In this document: in pieces, positions 25,643 to 40,419 of the stretch
How the letters are laid out: each line of letters begins with the position of its first letter
How positions within the stretch are numbered: position 1 is the stretch's first letter
NCBI RefSeq assembly: GCF_006345805.1
Contig: NC_043007.1
Coordinates: 46,438,001 to 46,502,000 of the forward strand
Length of the DNA: 64,000 nt
Direction of reading: 5' to 3'
Source of the DNA: Octopus sinensis
Taxonomy: Eukaryota
Made by a program: the position numbers and the translations under genes
The notes under the pieces: model-generated
The model's database searches: none
Seen by the model: the letters and a program-made list of their open reading frames with translations, nothing else
What the model was told of the DNA's origin: nothing

Positions 25643-27001
25643 ATTTGGAGTCCAGTGAATGTAATAGAATATTTCATAATCGTATCCATTCACTGGAGAA
25701 ATATTAAGTAGCAAGTTCCATTTTTTTCTCCGTTGTTTGTTTTCTTTTCAAAACTTAATTTCTCAACTGACAAACAAATACAGATTTCCATACACCTGTT
25801 TAGAATGTAATCACTTCAGGAGCAATTAGTTATTAAAACTCTTTTACATCATTTGAATGTTTTACAAAATTACTTAAATGATTCTCGTTTGATTAATGTA
25901 TTTTTCATGAATTTGTAAAGAAAATTATGTACACTTTTATACCTTTAAGAATTCATCGCATTATAACATTGTAGGGTAGTATTGAGCTTTTATGCCATTA
26001 GGAATAATTTTCTTTTTTCGATCGCTTTTGATTTCTTCTTTGAAAATTAAAACACGAATTACTTTTATTTTAATCATGCTCATTCATTTACGATAAAACA
26101 TTCGTACACACAACATGCAAGCATGTATGACACGAGATTGTACATACTGGAATACATGTATCCACGCATTTAACGGAAAGTTTAATGTAAAGGCAGTTGT
26201 GTATACATACAATTCAATTATTTGTTAATTGTAGAAATTGAATGCCTTTCGGATGTAATTTCAGTGCAACACAGATACACATTTGCGAGTAAAACTGTGT
26301 TGTCACATCAATTTAGCATCAGTTAACAATATAAATTGGATTCCCTGTTACCAGATGTGCAAATGTTGTGGTGATAATGGGCAAATACAATTTGACTTTG
26401 GAAGTTAGTATTAAAAGAATTTCCGGAGAATATAGGATTAAAATATAAACTGTAGACGTAATGATTTAATAACATTAGACGGTTTACTAACTATATTTCA
26501 AAAGACATTTACACATGTAAAACGTAAGCGTCATAATGCCAGGTAAAGATTTCAATACCTCCACATACAGACAAATACTCAGACGCACATCGCACATGCA
26601 CACGCATGAATTGTTCCCTGTCTGTTCGATTTTATTTAGCGGCGGATAATTCTCAAGCAGATTCGTCTAGATAGAATGTAGTTTGAGTCCTTACAGTTTA
26701 AATTATAAGTGCAAGCAATCCTGGTGGATTTCTATGCAATTTTCCTTTACGTCATGTCACTCATTAAATATCTGACATCTCGGGGCCAAAAACATACGCA
26801 ACATGCTACGATAACAGATCGAGCACAAGACCTCGATGTTGCGAAGTGAAATACTTAACCACTCAGTCAGACTACGAATGCATATACACATATACAACCA
26901 CCCCACACACACACATGTGTGCACAGCGCATTTTATACGTGTGTATACATATTTTTATAGAGACACACACACACACATATATATACATGAATATATGTGT
27001 G

Positions 27002-27063
<62 letters not shown>

Positions 27064-30000
27064 CTTACACACACACACGCACATATATATATATATATGA
27101 TGGCAGTCCACTCGTGACCAAAGACGGTTTTAACTTAACAGAGAAAATATAAAGCCAAGACTAGCGTCAATACACCGTAGTCCGACGACGACTTAGCTAT
27201 CCGAAGTTATCTTCAGTTATTTTGTTATAACGATTAGGGCACCATAGCAGAAGTTATGCAATATCAATGTAAGAATAAAAAAAAAACCTAACAATGACTA
27301 CCTCCATCTTTAATCTAGCCACTAATTCTTATTATAAATATATTACTAGCAAGGGAACAGTGTAAGCTGCTATAGTCAATGCAAACTGTAGCTGCAATTT
27401 GTAATCGGGTAATATCTCAAGGAACTAGCTGGAACGGTTTGTCCACAAAAGAAAAATAAACCATCTTTAACTCAAACCAAAAAAGTATATTTATAGGAAT
27501 CAAACATTAGTTGCTAGTTTCTCTTCACGTTTCTGAAAACGCAGTAAGACACTTTTGATCAAACATATGTTGGCAAATAGTTCTTTCAAACAAATTTATT
27601 CCTATAGCCGTGACGTCACCTAGGATTGTATTGGTGACTGGAATGTTTATGTAACCATAAAACGAATACGGAGTTGAATGACCTTTCTTGTCTGATAACT
27701 CTGTGAATGTCTTGGAGCTAATGGCTTGTTTTGCTTTGCTTGTAGCATTTTATACATGGCTGATAGTTCCATTTTAAAGACTATGATGCAAAAGTTTCTC
27801 ACTCTTCGTAAATATTTTAAAATTGAAATGTATAAACACGTGTTATGTAAGCCAAATATTGCTTTTTGGGTTGCCTAAATCAAAGATTCAAGATTCTGTC
27901 ATTTCCACTGTTATGCTAAAGTTCTAAAAAGCAGTTTCTAGAAACTTTCGCGTCCACTGTTCCTCACGATGTTCCACCACTGAGTTAAGATGGAATGCTC
28001 GGAGATATCCCCCAACATTCCCAAATATATCAATTACGTATTTTTCTGTAAATACTTTATGCATCATTCTTTACTTTTTAAGCTGACATGACCTGCTACA
28101 AAAGCTTATTTGAGCAGTAGTATTATATTAGGCTGTTTCACATGAAATGTCACGTTTTAAATTACTTGTTATTTCAGTCATTTAAAAACTCAATTATATA
28201 TACCTTGCATTTAATCTTGACTATTTTTTACTTTCTCAAAAACTTTGGTATACAAAATTCCTACACACAGACCTTGTGAAAATGATAACAACCAAAAAGT
28301 GATTTCTCTGATATGAAATTCAAAAATAGATCCATTCTTCATCCACATTTACAATTGGCCAAAATGACGCCAAAACGGGCATCTTGAAGATTTGAAAACA
28401 GTTGCTTGAAATTTGCTGAACCTCTTTATTGACAATTCATGTGGAGCTTCTCAGCAATATCTGTTCTCAAGGCGGGGCTTATGAAAGTGTCAATTGATGG
28501 TGCTTTGTGAAGGACCAACACATTTTTTTTTGTGGCCGTTGCCCTTGCACGCAGTCCCATTTTCTGCGGTTATCGTTAAATGGGTCTAATTGCATTTGTT
28601 CGCCATTCATTATCAGACCCGTAAAATAAATATTAAAAACAAAACAAGTAATGTTTACATGTTTTATATTAAAGTAAAGAAGAAACGCCTATCAAGCCTG
28701 AACGCATTTATCTACCTAATTATCTTCATAAAAGGATAATGATTGTTCTCATTATCAAATATGGTATTAGAGTTATTGTCCTGGATCTATTTGAGCGCTA
28801 TAATGCGTTATCTATACTAAGTTACCTTTGCATTCACCTACCCACTGTGTACATACATATATACATACATACACACATAGGTACGTACATGCATCTAAAT
28901 ACACACAAACACAAATACACCCCCACACACTTACATGTATACACGCATACTTCGGAACTTCGGACCTCTCTTTAGCGGATTTCGGAAGCAGCTGACAAAT
29001 CGGGGTGTCTCATTTTAAATTGAATACGTTGAATTTATTCTATTATATTGTATATTTACAGTGTACATGTATTTTACACTGCCAGAGTGGATAGTGTGCT
29101 TAATTAAAAGTACAGTACTGTATTTACTCCTTTGTCTTTCGTAATGTAATTGTTGATATAACTACTTCTAACATAACCTATATTAGTGTCGGTATCTACG
29201 GACAATCAGGTTCATCAGACCGATGTTACCCACTTTTAGTCCACAGTACCAAAATATGAGTGTATATGTGTGTGTGTAATATAATACAGTATTATAATTG
29301 TCACTAAGTGTGACTAGGGTGCTAGGAAAGACCTACATTGCAAGAAATAAGAGCTAAATCGCTCTAATACTGTAGTTTTCATTCATAGAAATTAGAGCCG
29401 TTTAGCTCATTTCCTATAATATATGTGTTTCTTAACATCCTAGTCATGCTCTCGTTAAAATTTTCTACGTTTCCCATAATTTACTGAGACCAACGAGGAA
29501 GTATCCCTTTGGTACATCCCTAAACTGTGCTCAGATATAAAATTAACGTACTTTTCATCTGAAATTTCCGAACTATTCCGTTAATCATGAAACTCTTCGA
29601 AACTAATTCATCCAATTATTAAAATATACGTATCTTTTCCCTGAATACCATAAATAACTTTCAGATCGTTTAGTAAGGAGTGGTATTTAACAATTCATGT
29701 TTAACCTACCTTTAGTAATCTCTGATAAGTCTGTATCCTATGCATTGTTGTCTTTCTTTGGGAGCGATAATTGGATTATAGGTTATTATAGAAAATACGA
29801 AATGTTATAGATAGTTTGCAATATACTCTTACTGAAAAATATTATCTTGAAGGTGAAATTTCATATCAAAGAGAGGTGACTTGAATTGTACTCTAAATAC
29901 AATCATTATTTTTGAAAACGTTAGTTAAGTTTCTGAGAAAATTATTTTCTTTAAACTTCTCTAACATATTTCCTGTTTGAATCGTGTCAGCACGACAACC

Positions 30001-31489
30001 TCGATCATACCTGAATCATTTTAATAAGATAGCAGAGCTATTATCCTACAACTCGCAATGTTTCCATTAGTGAAAGGAACATAGTTTCTTCGTCAAACTG
30101 AGATGTACCGGGTAACGATAAGAATTTACTAAACTTCAATAGATATTTACACCGTACCTGATTAATTATTTAATACGTTTAGTAATAATGCTAAACTGAC
30201 ACTTTTATTATACTTTCTCCAAATAGTGATAAAATATTAACATTACAAGAACAAGCATTACAGTCTAAGGCCTGGAGGGAATTTTCTGTGAAATACATCT
30301 GGTAACGTGGTGTCAAGGGCTGATTACATTTTCTTTTATATTCTCTTGTTTGTTATTTGCAATAATTTCGTAGTGCGCACCTATTCTTCGTTTCCCTTCA
30401 CCTTTGATCATACCCTAGTCTACTAGTCTTTAAAGATTTTCTACGTTTAAAATAATAACAGTTGCAAATTTTATATCTCACAATCTTTCTCTATGTATTA
30501 TCTACATTAGCTATTGTATATTTCGAGTATCTAATGTCTTACTTTTAAATTGTCGGAATACTAAGAAAAGTTACTTTGTTAATATTTATTAACCTCTGAT
30601 TAATTAAAATCAATCAAAATCAGTGTTATTAGTAGAGGTGATAAAGCATAAAGAAAACGCTTCGCGGTACTTAATTTCGGTATTTTACGATATTAAGTTC
30701 AACTCCCTTTGATATCGATTTTGTTTTATCTCCTACAAGTAATGGAATCGATAAATCTGTAACTCTAGTTCTTATTCTGTTTTTCACCACCTCAATGCTC
30801 CAGTTTCGAAAGAAATCTTCGGTAGAGAACTATAGGGAATGTTTCTGCAGAATATGTTCAACCGACTTGTATTTGAGTCAAAGGTAAAGGCTTGACTATA
30901 AATTAATTGAGGTATGGTTTCGTCTGACCTTCCACCATTTCCTTAATAATATTAAATATTATCCTATAATAATATCAAGGTAATGGTAAAATCAAATGCG
31001 ACGAGCGACAAAATGATTACTGTCACAACTGCATCAATCCATTTAGTATTCAGTTCAAGAAATTCCAAAATTAATTACATCAAAACTATTACCCACCGAC
31101 CATGCTAACACATGTTCCATTAAAGTTACTTTATTGGGCTGAGTCCGAAGAGGAGCAAATGTACCGTAATTAATCTATGAAGGGAGATTAGTAAGAGATT
31201 TTAGACCGATTCTAATAAACAATGTAAGAATTTGACAGGAAATGTCATTGAGATTATACTGCATCAAAGTGCAAGTTAATGAGAACTGCATGTCCATTAA
31301 GAGAGTTTTGAAAAGTCCATCAATGAATTATATACGCAGGGTTTGCATTCACTTTGCACTTGTAATTAAGTAAATAACCTCAAACATATGATCGAAATTA
31401 TCTCTGGTACAACAGCTTATACGTTAGCATCGTAAATATATATGACACTTAGATTTATCAATAAATAATACTTTTTCAATGGTGACATT

Positions 31490-31492
31490 GAA

Positions 31493-31590
<98 letters not shown>

Positions 31591-31592
31591 TG

Positions 31593-31650
<58 letters not shown>
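31490..31650. repeat. (AAT)n microsatellite
   Basis: Direct reading. Confidence 0.98.
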
Positions 31651-31651
<1 letters not shown>

Positions 31652-33760
31652 TGATAAGCAAAGTAAAATACTCGCTGAACCAACCATAAACATATGCGAA
31701 ATACACACGCGAAATCTACACCGGAGAGTTTACAAATTAAAAATAAAATTGAACAAACAGTAAGTATAAAAATGGAGTAATTACGTACATACTCGAATGT
31801 CTACACAAGTATATATACATTTTAATACCCATAGGATTACACCCCCCACAGTTTACACAACTACGTGAAATTTACAGGACACACGTACACGCATATGAAA
31901 ACACGTTTCACAAACGAAGCTAAAAAAAACAAAGTTGTTTTTAATATTTTTCGAACTAAATCAGCTACTGGTTCAAATCTTCCCGAAACACAGGAGCTGG
32001 AAGTACCCCACAACCGGAATATTCGAACAGATTGCCGATCATGCTCATCATCAAATAACTAAACGAACAAGAATGAAAAATGATCTGCGGAAGATAATAA
32101 AGATGTTCTCAAGGCCTTCTATCATGCCATATATTTTCCCACAAATAAATATAAGACTACAAACCTACTTAAACTGTAAACAAAAGCATCTTGAAGTAAA
32201 ACCATACATAAACAGTAACAAACTTGCCAACATCAAAAGAAACATTATGAAAAAGAAATTACTTATTGAATTAGAGACTGATCAAATTAAACAATGATTA
32301 AGGTATAAAAGGAAGGAAGTTGCAGCAAAAGAAGATACTAATGAGGAAATAATTATAGACCAACCCAGGTCTGAAAATAGGCAATAATGATTGAAAGAGT
32401 TAATATACCTGGTAAGCAAAGTGAAATACTCTTTGAACCAACTATAAACACTAAGGTAGATGAAAATCAAATAGATGTAGAAACTCACAGAGAAATTGAC
32501 TCAACAGAACTACATGATCTAAAACATCAAATCATGATTGAATGGCTGAAAAGTAAAGAAACCAGTATGGATGAACCCGGCACTAAGTGATAAAATCCGC
32601 CTTGCACTTAAGGATAACATTTCAGCTACTGATGTTTATATTACAGATCTCAACCACATGTAATATGCATCTGCGAAACATCTCAACGATTCTATGTGGT
32701 GAAAAGATTAGAAAACGACATCATTCCCACAAAAAGTCTACTTGGAAAGAGCGTATTAAACACAAAGTTATGCCTGAAAAGAATGTTAAAAAAACCTTAA
32801 GTTTGACAAGACTATCAATGTAACAAAAATTGGAAAATTAAAGAAACAAATATTAAAGGAAAACTATGTTTGACATCGATACCACAATAAAAACGATCAA
32901 GCAAAAGGTATGTACTAAAGCTGGCCGCATAGCAAGCTATGAACAGCGCGTTATATTGTTCCAGGACAACAGCATGTTTAAAAATAACCCCAAAAATGTT
33001 TACAGGAAGACAAGGAAAATTCCAGCTACTGTAGAGTCTGTGTCATCAAAAGAAGTGCAAGAGTTTTGGAATAATATTTGGGCAGAAGAAAAAACACACA
33101 ATGAAAAGGCCCATTGAATTGATAGAATATCTACTGACTTAGACTTCTTAGAAGAGCAAAAGTGGGAGGGTAGCAAGCGAGAGGATGTAAGATGTAAGGA
33201 AGCCAAGTAAATGGAAGTCTCAAATGAGGATAAAATTCTCATCTTCTGGTTGAATGCCTTCCCAGAAAGCCATGGACTGATAACAAAACTTTACAATAAT
33301 GTTTTGCAACAACCTAGTATGATTCCATTTTGGCTAGTTAATGGTGTAATATTCCTACTTCCAAAAAATTAAGAAGCAAATGAACCAGACATTAATCGAC
33401 CCATTACCTGCTTAACAACAACGTATAAAATGCTAACATCTGTCTTGGTTAAATATACCTACAGTTGTTTTTTAATAGAATGTGGGATATTCCCTAATGA
33501 GCAAAAATGATGTAAACGTGGATCCTATGGTTTGTAGAGATAAGCTACTTATCAATATGATGATCTTGGAAGATTGTCACAAACGACACAAAAACTTGTC
33601 TAGATAGGCTATAAAAATGCTTTTGATAGTCTACCACATAGCTGGATTAAGAAATGCCCGGAAACGTATAAAGTAGCACCTACTCTGCGAAACATTTTGT
33701 CTGTAAGTACGAGATCATGGAGAACCACACTGACTTTGAACAGTAATTGACATAGGAATT
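31651..33760 (+). mobile_element. Decayed R4/Dong-like LINE (5' and RT N-terminal part; 3' part missing)
   Basis: INSNKLANIKRNIMKK parallels MNPNKLANVRRYIL of the 15.6-kb copy. Also STWKERIK, RIASYEQRVILFQDNSMF, EVQEFWNNIW, NRPITCL and YKNAFDSLPHSWI; heavily disrupted. Confidence 0.85.
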
Positions 33761-33974
33761 AGAAACTGTCCCTAAAGACTGGACATATAGAAAGAAAAAA
33801 TAGGCGTAAAACCCAGTTTTGTACAGATCCAGAAAACAGTGATAACTAAGATACTTATAAAGGTTCTTGGAATCTAAGACTACTTGTTGTAGTCCGATTG
33901 GAGGGTACTTGACATCTAAGCCCCAAATTAGGATTTTTCTTTTTCCAACAGTCTAATTTCTTGAGTGTACATGA

Positions 33975-34187
<213 letters not shown>

Positions 34188-34758
34188 AAATGCCCTGATG
34201 CAGTACCAGACAGTGGCTCTCATGGCTTCTGATCTTAACTGATTGGAAATGTAATCATGTACATCGTTTCGTCTGGGTATAAAATATTGGAGCAAATGTT
34301 GTGCTCAATACCACAGATTTGCTTGTCAGTTGTTTGACCGTAAACAGTTGACCATGTCCCTTGGTGGCTGACGATATGTGCATCTCTGATCTCGATCAGC
34401 AGTAATAGGAGATGTCATAGATATGTGTAATAGGAGACGTCATAGCCATGTGTTGAGTTATTTAGGGTTTGAATAAGTCACCTCTGGAAACATGGGTGTT
34501 TAGTTCATCATTCTTAAATAAACCGTATTCAGAGACCTATTGAGCACGATGTGCTACTCAACCCGAAAAAAAATCTTACTGAGTCCCACCTGCAACATCA
34601 TGCGCTATCTATCTTGATATAATATAACCGTATCGCGCACATATGATGATGCATGTGCCTGGTGCATCCTTATCACACAGGTAGTTATAATGGGTATATT
34701 GGGCTCGTATAATCGCCCCTCCCCCCGTCGCTATGGTGGAATGTATTGCTCTCACACT
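34188..34758 (+). mobile_element. TAA-embedded retroposon, copy B (no 3' AAT tail)
   Basis: Aligns end to end with 19668-20224. Confidence 0.85.
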
Positions 34759-34954
34759 TCATATTTCTGCCTTGAAATGTATGCGTCAGATGTCAAACTT
34801 TCAATCTACACTTATGTTTCACTATTGAGCAGAGAATCCTTATATTGGAAGCATTAACAATGAAATGTGTAATTTGACAAAGGTTTGATTAATTAATTAT
34901 GGTTCATTACAAAATCCGGAGACGCAGTTTTTAGATTCAATCTAGATACATGAG
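34759..34954 (+). repeat. ~195-bp repeat, inverted partner of 36927-37122
   Basis: catatttctgccttgaaatgtatgcgtcagatgtcaaactttcaatc... is the reverse complement of 36927-37122, with high identity by eye. Confidence 0.9.
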
Positions 34955-36191
34955 TGCAGAAAGCTTTTAAGTGACCAGTTTTGCCACAGACGTAAAACTG
35001 TGTTTCCCAACATCCACGACTACCCCTATCTCCTCGCACTCTCCAAAACAAGAAAAAAATTCGGGATAGCATGAGCTTCTTTCGGAGCAAACACAACCTG
35101 GAACTCAATGGACACTCCTGTTCTGTTATGTTGAGGGCTTCATCGTAAGCTTAACACCCCCCCCCCGTGCTTCTCTAGCATGGCCATTAATCTGGCCTGC
35201 TCTCTATGAGGAAGTATGTCTAGGACCCTGAGCTTGGCTACACAACGTCACATGTATAAAGGGACCATCACATAATGGTCAGAGGAGCACATCTTTGTAG
35301 CCATCCTACATATTTCCTCTTTTGTTTTATTCGACAGACATAAACTACGGATGACCACACCTCCTCCAGATAATTTTCTATTTCAGCTGGGGAAGCGTAT
35401 AGCGGCTTCTCTCTCTACTTATAAATCATCATTCTCTTTTTGGTGGAAATCCTTTCCTCAACCGGAAGCGTCATGACACCAGGTCGAATTATATTTTTCT
35501 TTTTTTTTTTAAATGCCTCTGCTTTCCCTTACAAGAAATTAGTGGTCCATGTATTTATCATATTTGCGACGGAAATTTTTTCTTTCCGATGTGTATTCTC
35601 GTTACTCTTTCGTAAATAGTATTACTATTGATAATGCCGTAGATGTCAGCGCTGTTATTGATGCCGATACTGCTGCTAATAGCTATAATACTGTCGTTGT
35701 CGTTGCTGTTACTACTATTATTGCTGTTGGTGTTGTTCTTGCTAATGTCATTATTGCTGTTGTTGGTGTTGTCACGAGTCATGCTGGTGTTTGTGGTCTT
35801 GTTTTGGCCGTTGACTTTGTTGTTGATGTTGGTGGTGATGGTAGTGATGGTGTTGGTGTTGGTGTTAGTGGTGTTCTTATCAATAGGTTCTTTGCAAAAG
35901 TCAAAGGGGGTGGCGATCGATATGCTTCGTTGACCACTATGCCGGATGTCGATTCAACACGAGGAAACAGATACATTTCCTCCTACCACTAAAGTGATAG
36001 ATTAAAAAATATATCCGAGAAAGTTTTCGGAAAGGGCTTTCCGCCCGTTCTGTGATTGAAATGAAACTCTTTCAGAAGATACTTGGAAACAATAATTACA
36101 GTTTCAGCGATAGAAAACGGCAAAGAAACAAGTAAAAATTGAGAAAACTCACCAGCGATGATTCGAGCGTGGCCGCCACATGTGAAGACTT

Positions 36192-36260
<69 letters not shown>

Positions 36261-36262
<2 letters not shown>

Positions 36263-36765
36263 TGATTGGAAGTGTTATCATGTACATTGTTTTGTCTTGG
36301 TATAAAGATGGGCTACAGCAAATATTCTGCTCAATACCACAGATTTGCTTGTTCATTATTTGACCTTAAACAGTTGAGCATGTCGCTTAGTGACTGACGA
36401 TATGTGCTTCTCTGATCACGAGCAGAAGTAGTGGGAGAGCATTATAGTCATGTGTTGAGAGGAGTTCTTTGGGGTTTGAATAATTCACCTTTGGAAACAT
36501 GGGTATTTCGTTCAACATCCTTAAACAACTCTTACTCAGGGTCCTTTTGAGCGGGATGGGTTACTCGACCAGAAGAAAATTGTAACTGATCCCACCTGCA
36601 AGATCACGTGCTGTTTATCTTGATATGAGATCACCATGTCACGCACATATGGTTGGATGCATGTGCCTGGTGTATCCTTATCAGATGGGTAGTCAGGATG
36701 GGTATACTGGGTTTCGCATATTTTACCCCATTGTCAATTTGATGGCATGTACTGCTGTCTCACTC
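36261..36765 (+). mobile_element. TAA-embedded retroposon, copy C (5'-truncated)
   Basis: Lacks the first ~50 nt; (AAT)n at 36193-36260 and 36766-36830. Confidence 0.87.
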
Positions 36766-36833
<68 letters not shown>

Positions 36834-36926
36834 TCTCAAATTTAGGCTCAAGGCCAACAATTTCTAGGCAAGAAGTTAGATGATAATAATAATTTGTACA
36901 GAAAGAAATGGGGTCAATCTATAGCC

Positions 36927-37122
36927 CTCATGTATTATCTATTTTGAATATAAAAACTGCGTCTTCGGATTTTGTAATGAAGCGTAATAAATTAATCAAA
37001 CCTTTGTGAAATTACACATTTCATTATTAATGCTGCCAATGTAAGGATTCTGTGCTCAACAGTGAAACAATGTCGATTGAAAGTTTGACATCTGACGCAT
37101 ACATTTCAAGGCAGAAATATGA
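36927..37122 (-). repeat. ~195-bp repeat, inverted partner of 34759-34954
   Basis: Reverse complement of 34759-34954. Confidence 0.9.
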
Positions 37123-37445
37123 TGTCAAATGTTTTTTCTGCTCCTCTCATGATGTAAATTGCTGATGAAAATGAATGAAAAGGAAATCTTTAAAACGTAA
37201 AATATCTATGGGGGTTAGATAAGAGTGAGAGGAGATAGAAGAAGGCAAAATGTTAATGTAACTGGAATTAGATATATATGCAAATAGCAAAATAAATGTT
37301 GTGTCTTAGATATCATGTTAGCATTTTCATCTTTCAAACCCGTTCTACATTCAAAGAGGTGACATGAGAAAAATGAGAAATAACATAAATACACTCAAAT
37401 AACTTTATTTGAATTACTATTGCTGCTAGTGAGAAGACGACCAAT

Positions 37446-37875
37446 TGGCAGAATCGTTACCAAGCCGGGCGAAATGCTTAGCGCTATTTCGTCTACCGTT
37501 ACCTTCTGAGTTCAAATTCCGCCGAGATCGACTTTACCATTTATCTTTTCGGGGTCAATAAATTAAGTACCAGTTGCGCACTGGGGTCGATATAATCGAC
37601 TTAATCCGTTTGTCGGTCCTTGTTTGTCTTCTCTGTGTTTAGCCCCTTGTGGGTAGGAAAGAAATAAATACTTTGTCTACCGTTACGTTCTTCGTTCAAA
37701 TTCCGTCGAGGTTTCCTTTCATCATTTCGGGTTCGATAAATTAAGACGGTTACGCACTGGGGTCGATGTAATGGACTTAATATCTTTGTCTGTCCTTGTT
37801 TGTCCCCTCTATGTTTAGCCCCTTGTGGGCAATAAAGAAATAAGTATCGTTACCACGCCGGGCAAAATTCTTGGT
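37446..37875 (+). mobile_element. Head-to-tail tRNA-derived SINEs (full copy 37446-37667, headless copy 37668-37842, head fragment after)
   Basis: Same family as 12446-12677, tail type 2. Confidence 0.85.
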
Positions 37876-37974
37876 GGCGTTCTAGGTAACATTTACAATG
37901 TGTATTAACTTCGTTTCAATGGGCAATGAGTTATCGTTTATTTCGAGATATTTATCAGACACAGTGTGGCTCTG

Positions 37975-38080
37975 TAGGTGCAGACGAGGCTTGGCTGTAA
38001 AAAGCTTGCTTCCCAACAACATGGTTCCGGGCTCAGTTACACTGCTTAGCACCTTGGGTAAGTGTTTGCTACTATAGCCT
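37975..38080 (+). mobile_element. SINE head fragment (family of 51370-51772)
   Basis: aagcttgcttcccaacaacatggttccgggctcagt...caccttgggtaagtgt..ctactatagcc. Confidence 0.7.
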
Positions 38081-38351
38081 TATACGTTGGTTGCATAGCA
38101 TCTAATGATACAATACAGGATAGTAGGGTTAACATAAATATAAGTAATAATACCTGTTATAATAACTCGAGGAATAGCGACATAGCCCTTGATAATACTT
38201 CTATGAATTTGAACAGTACCCGGAAATAATGACACTATAATCATGAATAAAAGGATTAGAAAATTACTAATAATAATAATTGCAGTTGCAATTGTGGAGA
38301 AATATTCCACTGTCCGCTATTAGGTTAGTACTTAGCAGGAAATGTTATTTG

Positions 38352-38655
38352 TATTAGATTAGCAAACAAGTAATTTAGTTTTTCGTGAAATATATTTCAA
38401 TAATTTTTGTCAATATGATTTTTTTCCTTTTGACTTTTGATATCCGTAACATTTAGCTTACTTTAGAAGCAAATTGCGCGTAATTTTGTTTGAAGCTGTT
38501 AGTTCAGTGTCAATTTTAACATAGAATGCACAAACAAAAGTTTTCACCACATTTTGCTTTTTTTTATTTCCGTAAAGGAAAGAAAGCTACTGGAGTTCAA
38601 AAACAGGTATGTGAAGTTTATGGTGTTGATTGCTAAACAGGTCGCATGTGTCAGA
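38352..38655 (+). mobile_element. Mariner transposon 5' remnant (TIR-like end and N-terminal HTH)
   Basis: tattagattagcaaacaagtaat TIR-like start; HHILL-F.RKGKKAT....CEVYGVD..GRMCQK..KKFR. Confidence 0.7.
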
Positions 38656-40419
38656 AATAGTTGAAAAAATTCCGTACTATTAGTTTCTATACAGTACTAA
38701 GAGAAACTAATAACTTTATTTATATCGGATGCTCAATAAATACGAGGAAACGCTTGAATAACTAAAGTGGGATATAGAGCGTAGACCTCAACCTTACGCA
38801 AAGATCCGGTATGGGTGTGAACTATGTTGTATGAAGATATATGAAATATTCAAATATAAAGATAAACGCAAACTAATTAATAATTATATCTTACTGTATT
38901 TTTGTGACATAACTTATTCGGTATGCCGCATCATCCATAGCATCCTCTCTGTGATGTCGAAATATATTCAATAAAGCATTCTAGTGACACTTCGATCTAT
39001 AGTATTTTAATAATTACAATATGTATTTGCCTCTTTCTAGGGGTGAATAACTTCTGTTATGGTTTATATAATATATTTATGTTTTTTTAACAGATTCTTA
39101 AAATCCGCAACTCACCTAAATATAAAATATACCCTCTAAGATCTATTACTATTCTACTTCGATCATTTTCTTTCATGTACTTTAGATATATCTTATAAAT
39201 CCATTTGCAAATATACATTTTTTCTCTATTAAAACTTGGTATATTTATATGTTAATTTTATTTTGTATTAATAACAATTTTCCGGATATAAATTTTTACT
39301 ATATACCAATATTAGAAATAAACGTTTTTAATTTTATTTTATTTCGTCTTATATCCTTCCTTATATCTTTTTATACCCTTTTATATTATATTTTTATATG
39401 TTCGTATAAAAAGATATGTTAAAAATTTTTTCTTATATTTTATAATTTTTTTTATATTTATATTTTTATATTTTAAACCTTTAATACCCTTTTTAATATT
39501 TTCATGGATTTATATCAATATATATTTTTAATTACACATTGTATCTTACAAATTCTTATATTTTGTTTTTATGCCTTTATATATCTATGATATATTTTTA
39601 TAGTTTTATACCACATAAATTTGTGATAATTTATACTTTTTTCGTAAAATTCGCTGCACATCGTAATCTTATTTTATTATATTTTATCAATCATACATGA
39701 TATTCATTATGTGATTATAGGACTGCATTTGTTTAAATCTTGTATTTGAACGCATTCCTTTATATATTCAGTATCTCTAATTTATTTCCTCTTTACATTA
39801 GATCTCATTTCTTGCTGTTTCCTGTCTTTACCCATCCTAATTTAACGCGAATGGTTTTAATATCAGTTTAATTGCATACTGTAGGTATCTATTGCTATTA
39901 TACATATTTCCGTTATACATTCATCATATAATATTTTATCAGGATATTCTATATATTTCATTTATGAAAAGTCTTAATATTTATCTTATATCTTAATGTA
40001 TTTCCTTATTAAACATTCTAATTGTAAATTCTAGCATTATATCTTGCTTTAACACTATAAATATGTTAAGTTCCTATGTGCTCCTTCCTTTCTTGTCTGT
40101 ACGTTTCTTCTACCCCTAATTTCTAATACATATTCATTTAGTTTTTTATATTGCATTCACTTTCAAATGACAATCATAATAAGTATTAATAGCTCTTCTT
40201 ATCCTTCTTTCTTTAAATTATCATCCCCCTTCTATCACGCATTACCCTTTCTTTTACCACCCCAAGCCTTACCCTTTGGTGTAGACAAAGCCGGTTGTAT
40301 GATTCCAGTACGTAGATAGTCTAGTAGGTTGTCGTGATATTAATTTATCACCTATGCCTAGAAAACAGCTACAACTCTAAAAAAATTTAATTTTGGATGT
40401 TTGAAGACTACATTCCCCT

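Noticed and set aside
27590-30900. Possible short host exons (27609-27651 VTSPRIVLVTGMF; ~30800-30880 FRKKSSVENYRECFCRIC)
   Set aside because: AG/GT borders with short open frames occur by chance; no recognisable protein or consistent exon chain.
35549-35992. 147-aa Val/Ala-rich ORF and opposite-strand Thr/Pro/Asn ORFs
   Set aside because: Cryptic (GTT/GGT/GCT) trinucleotide tract open in several frames; no recognisable domain.
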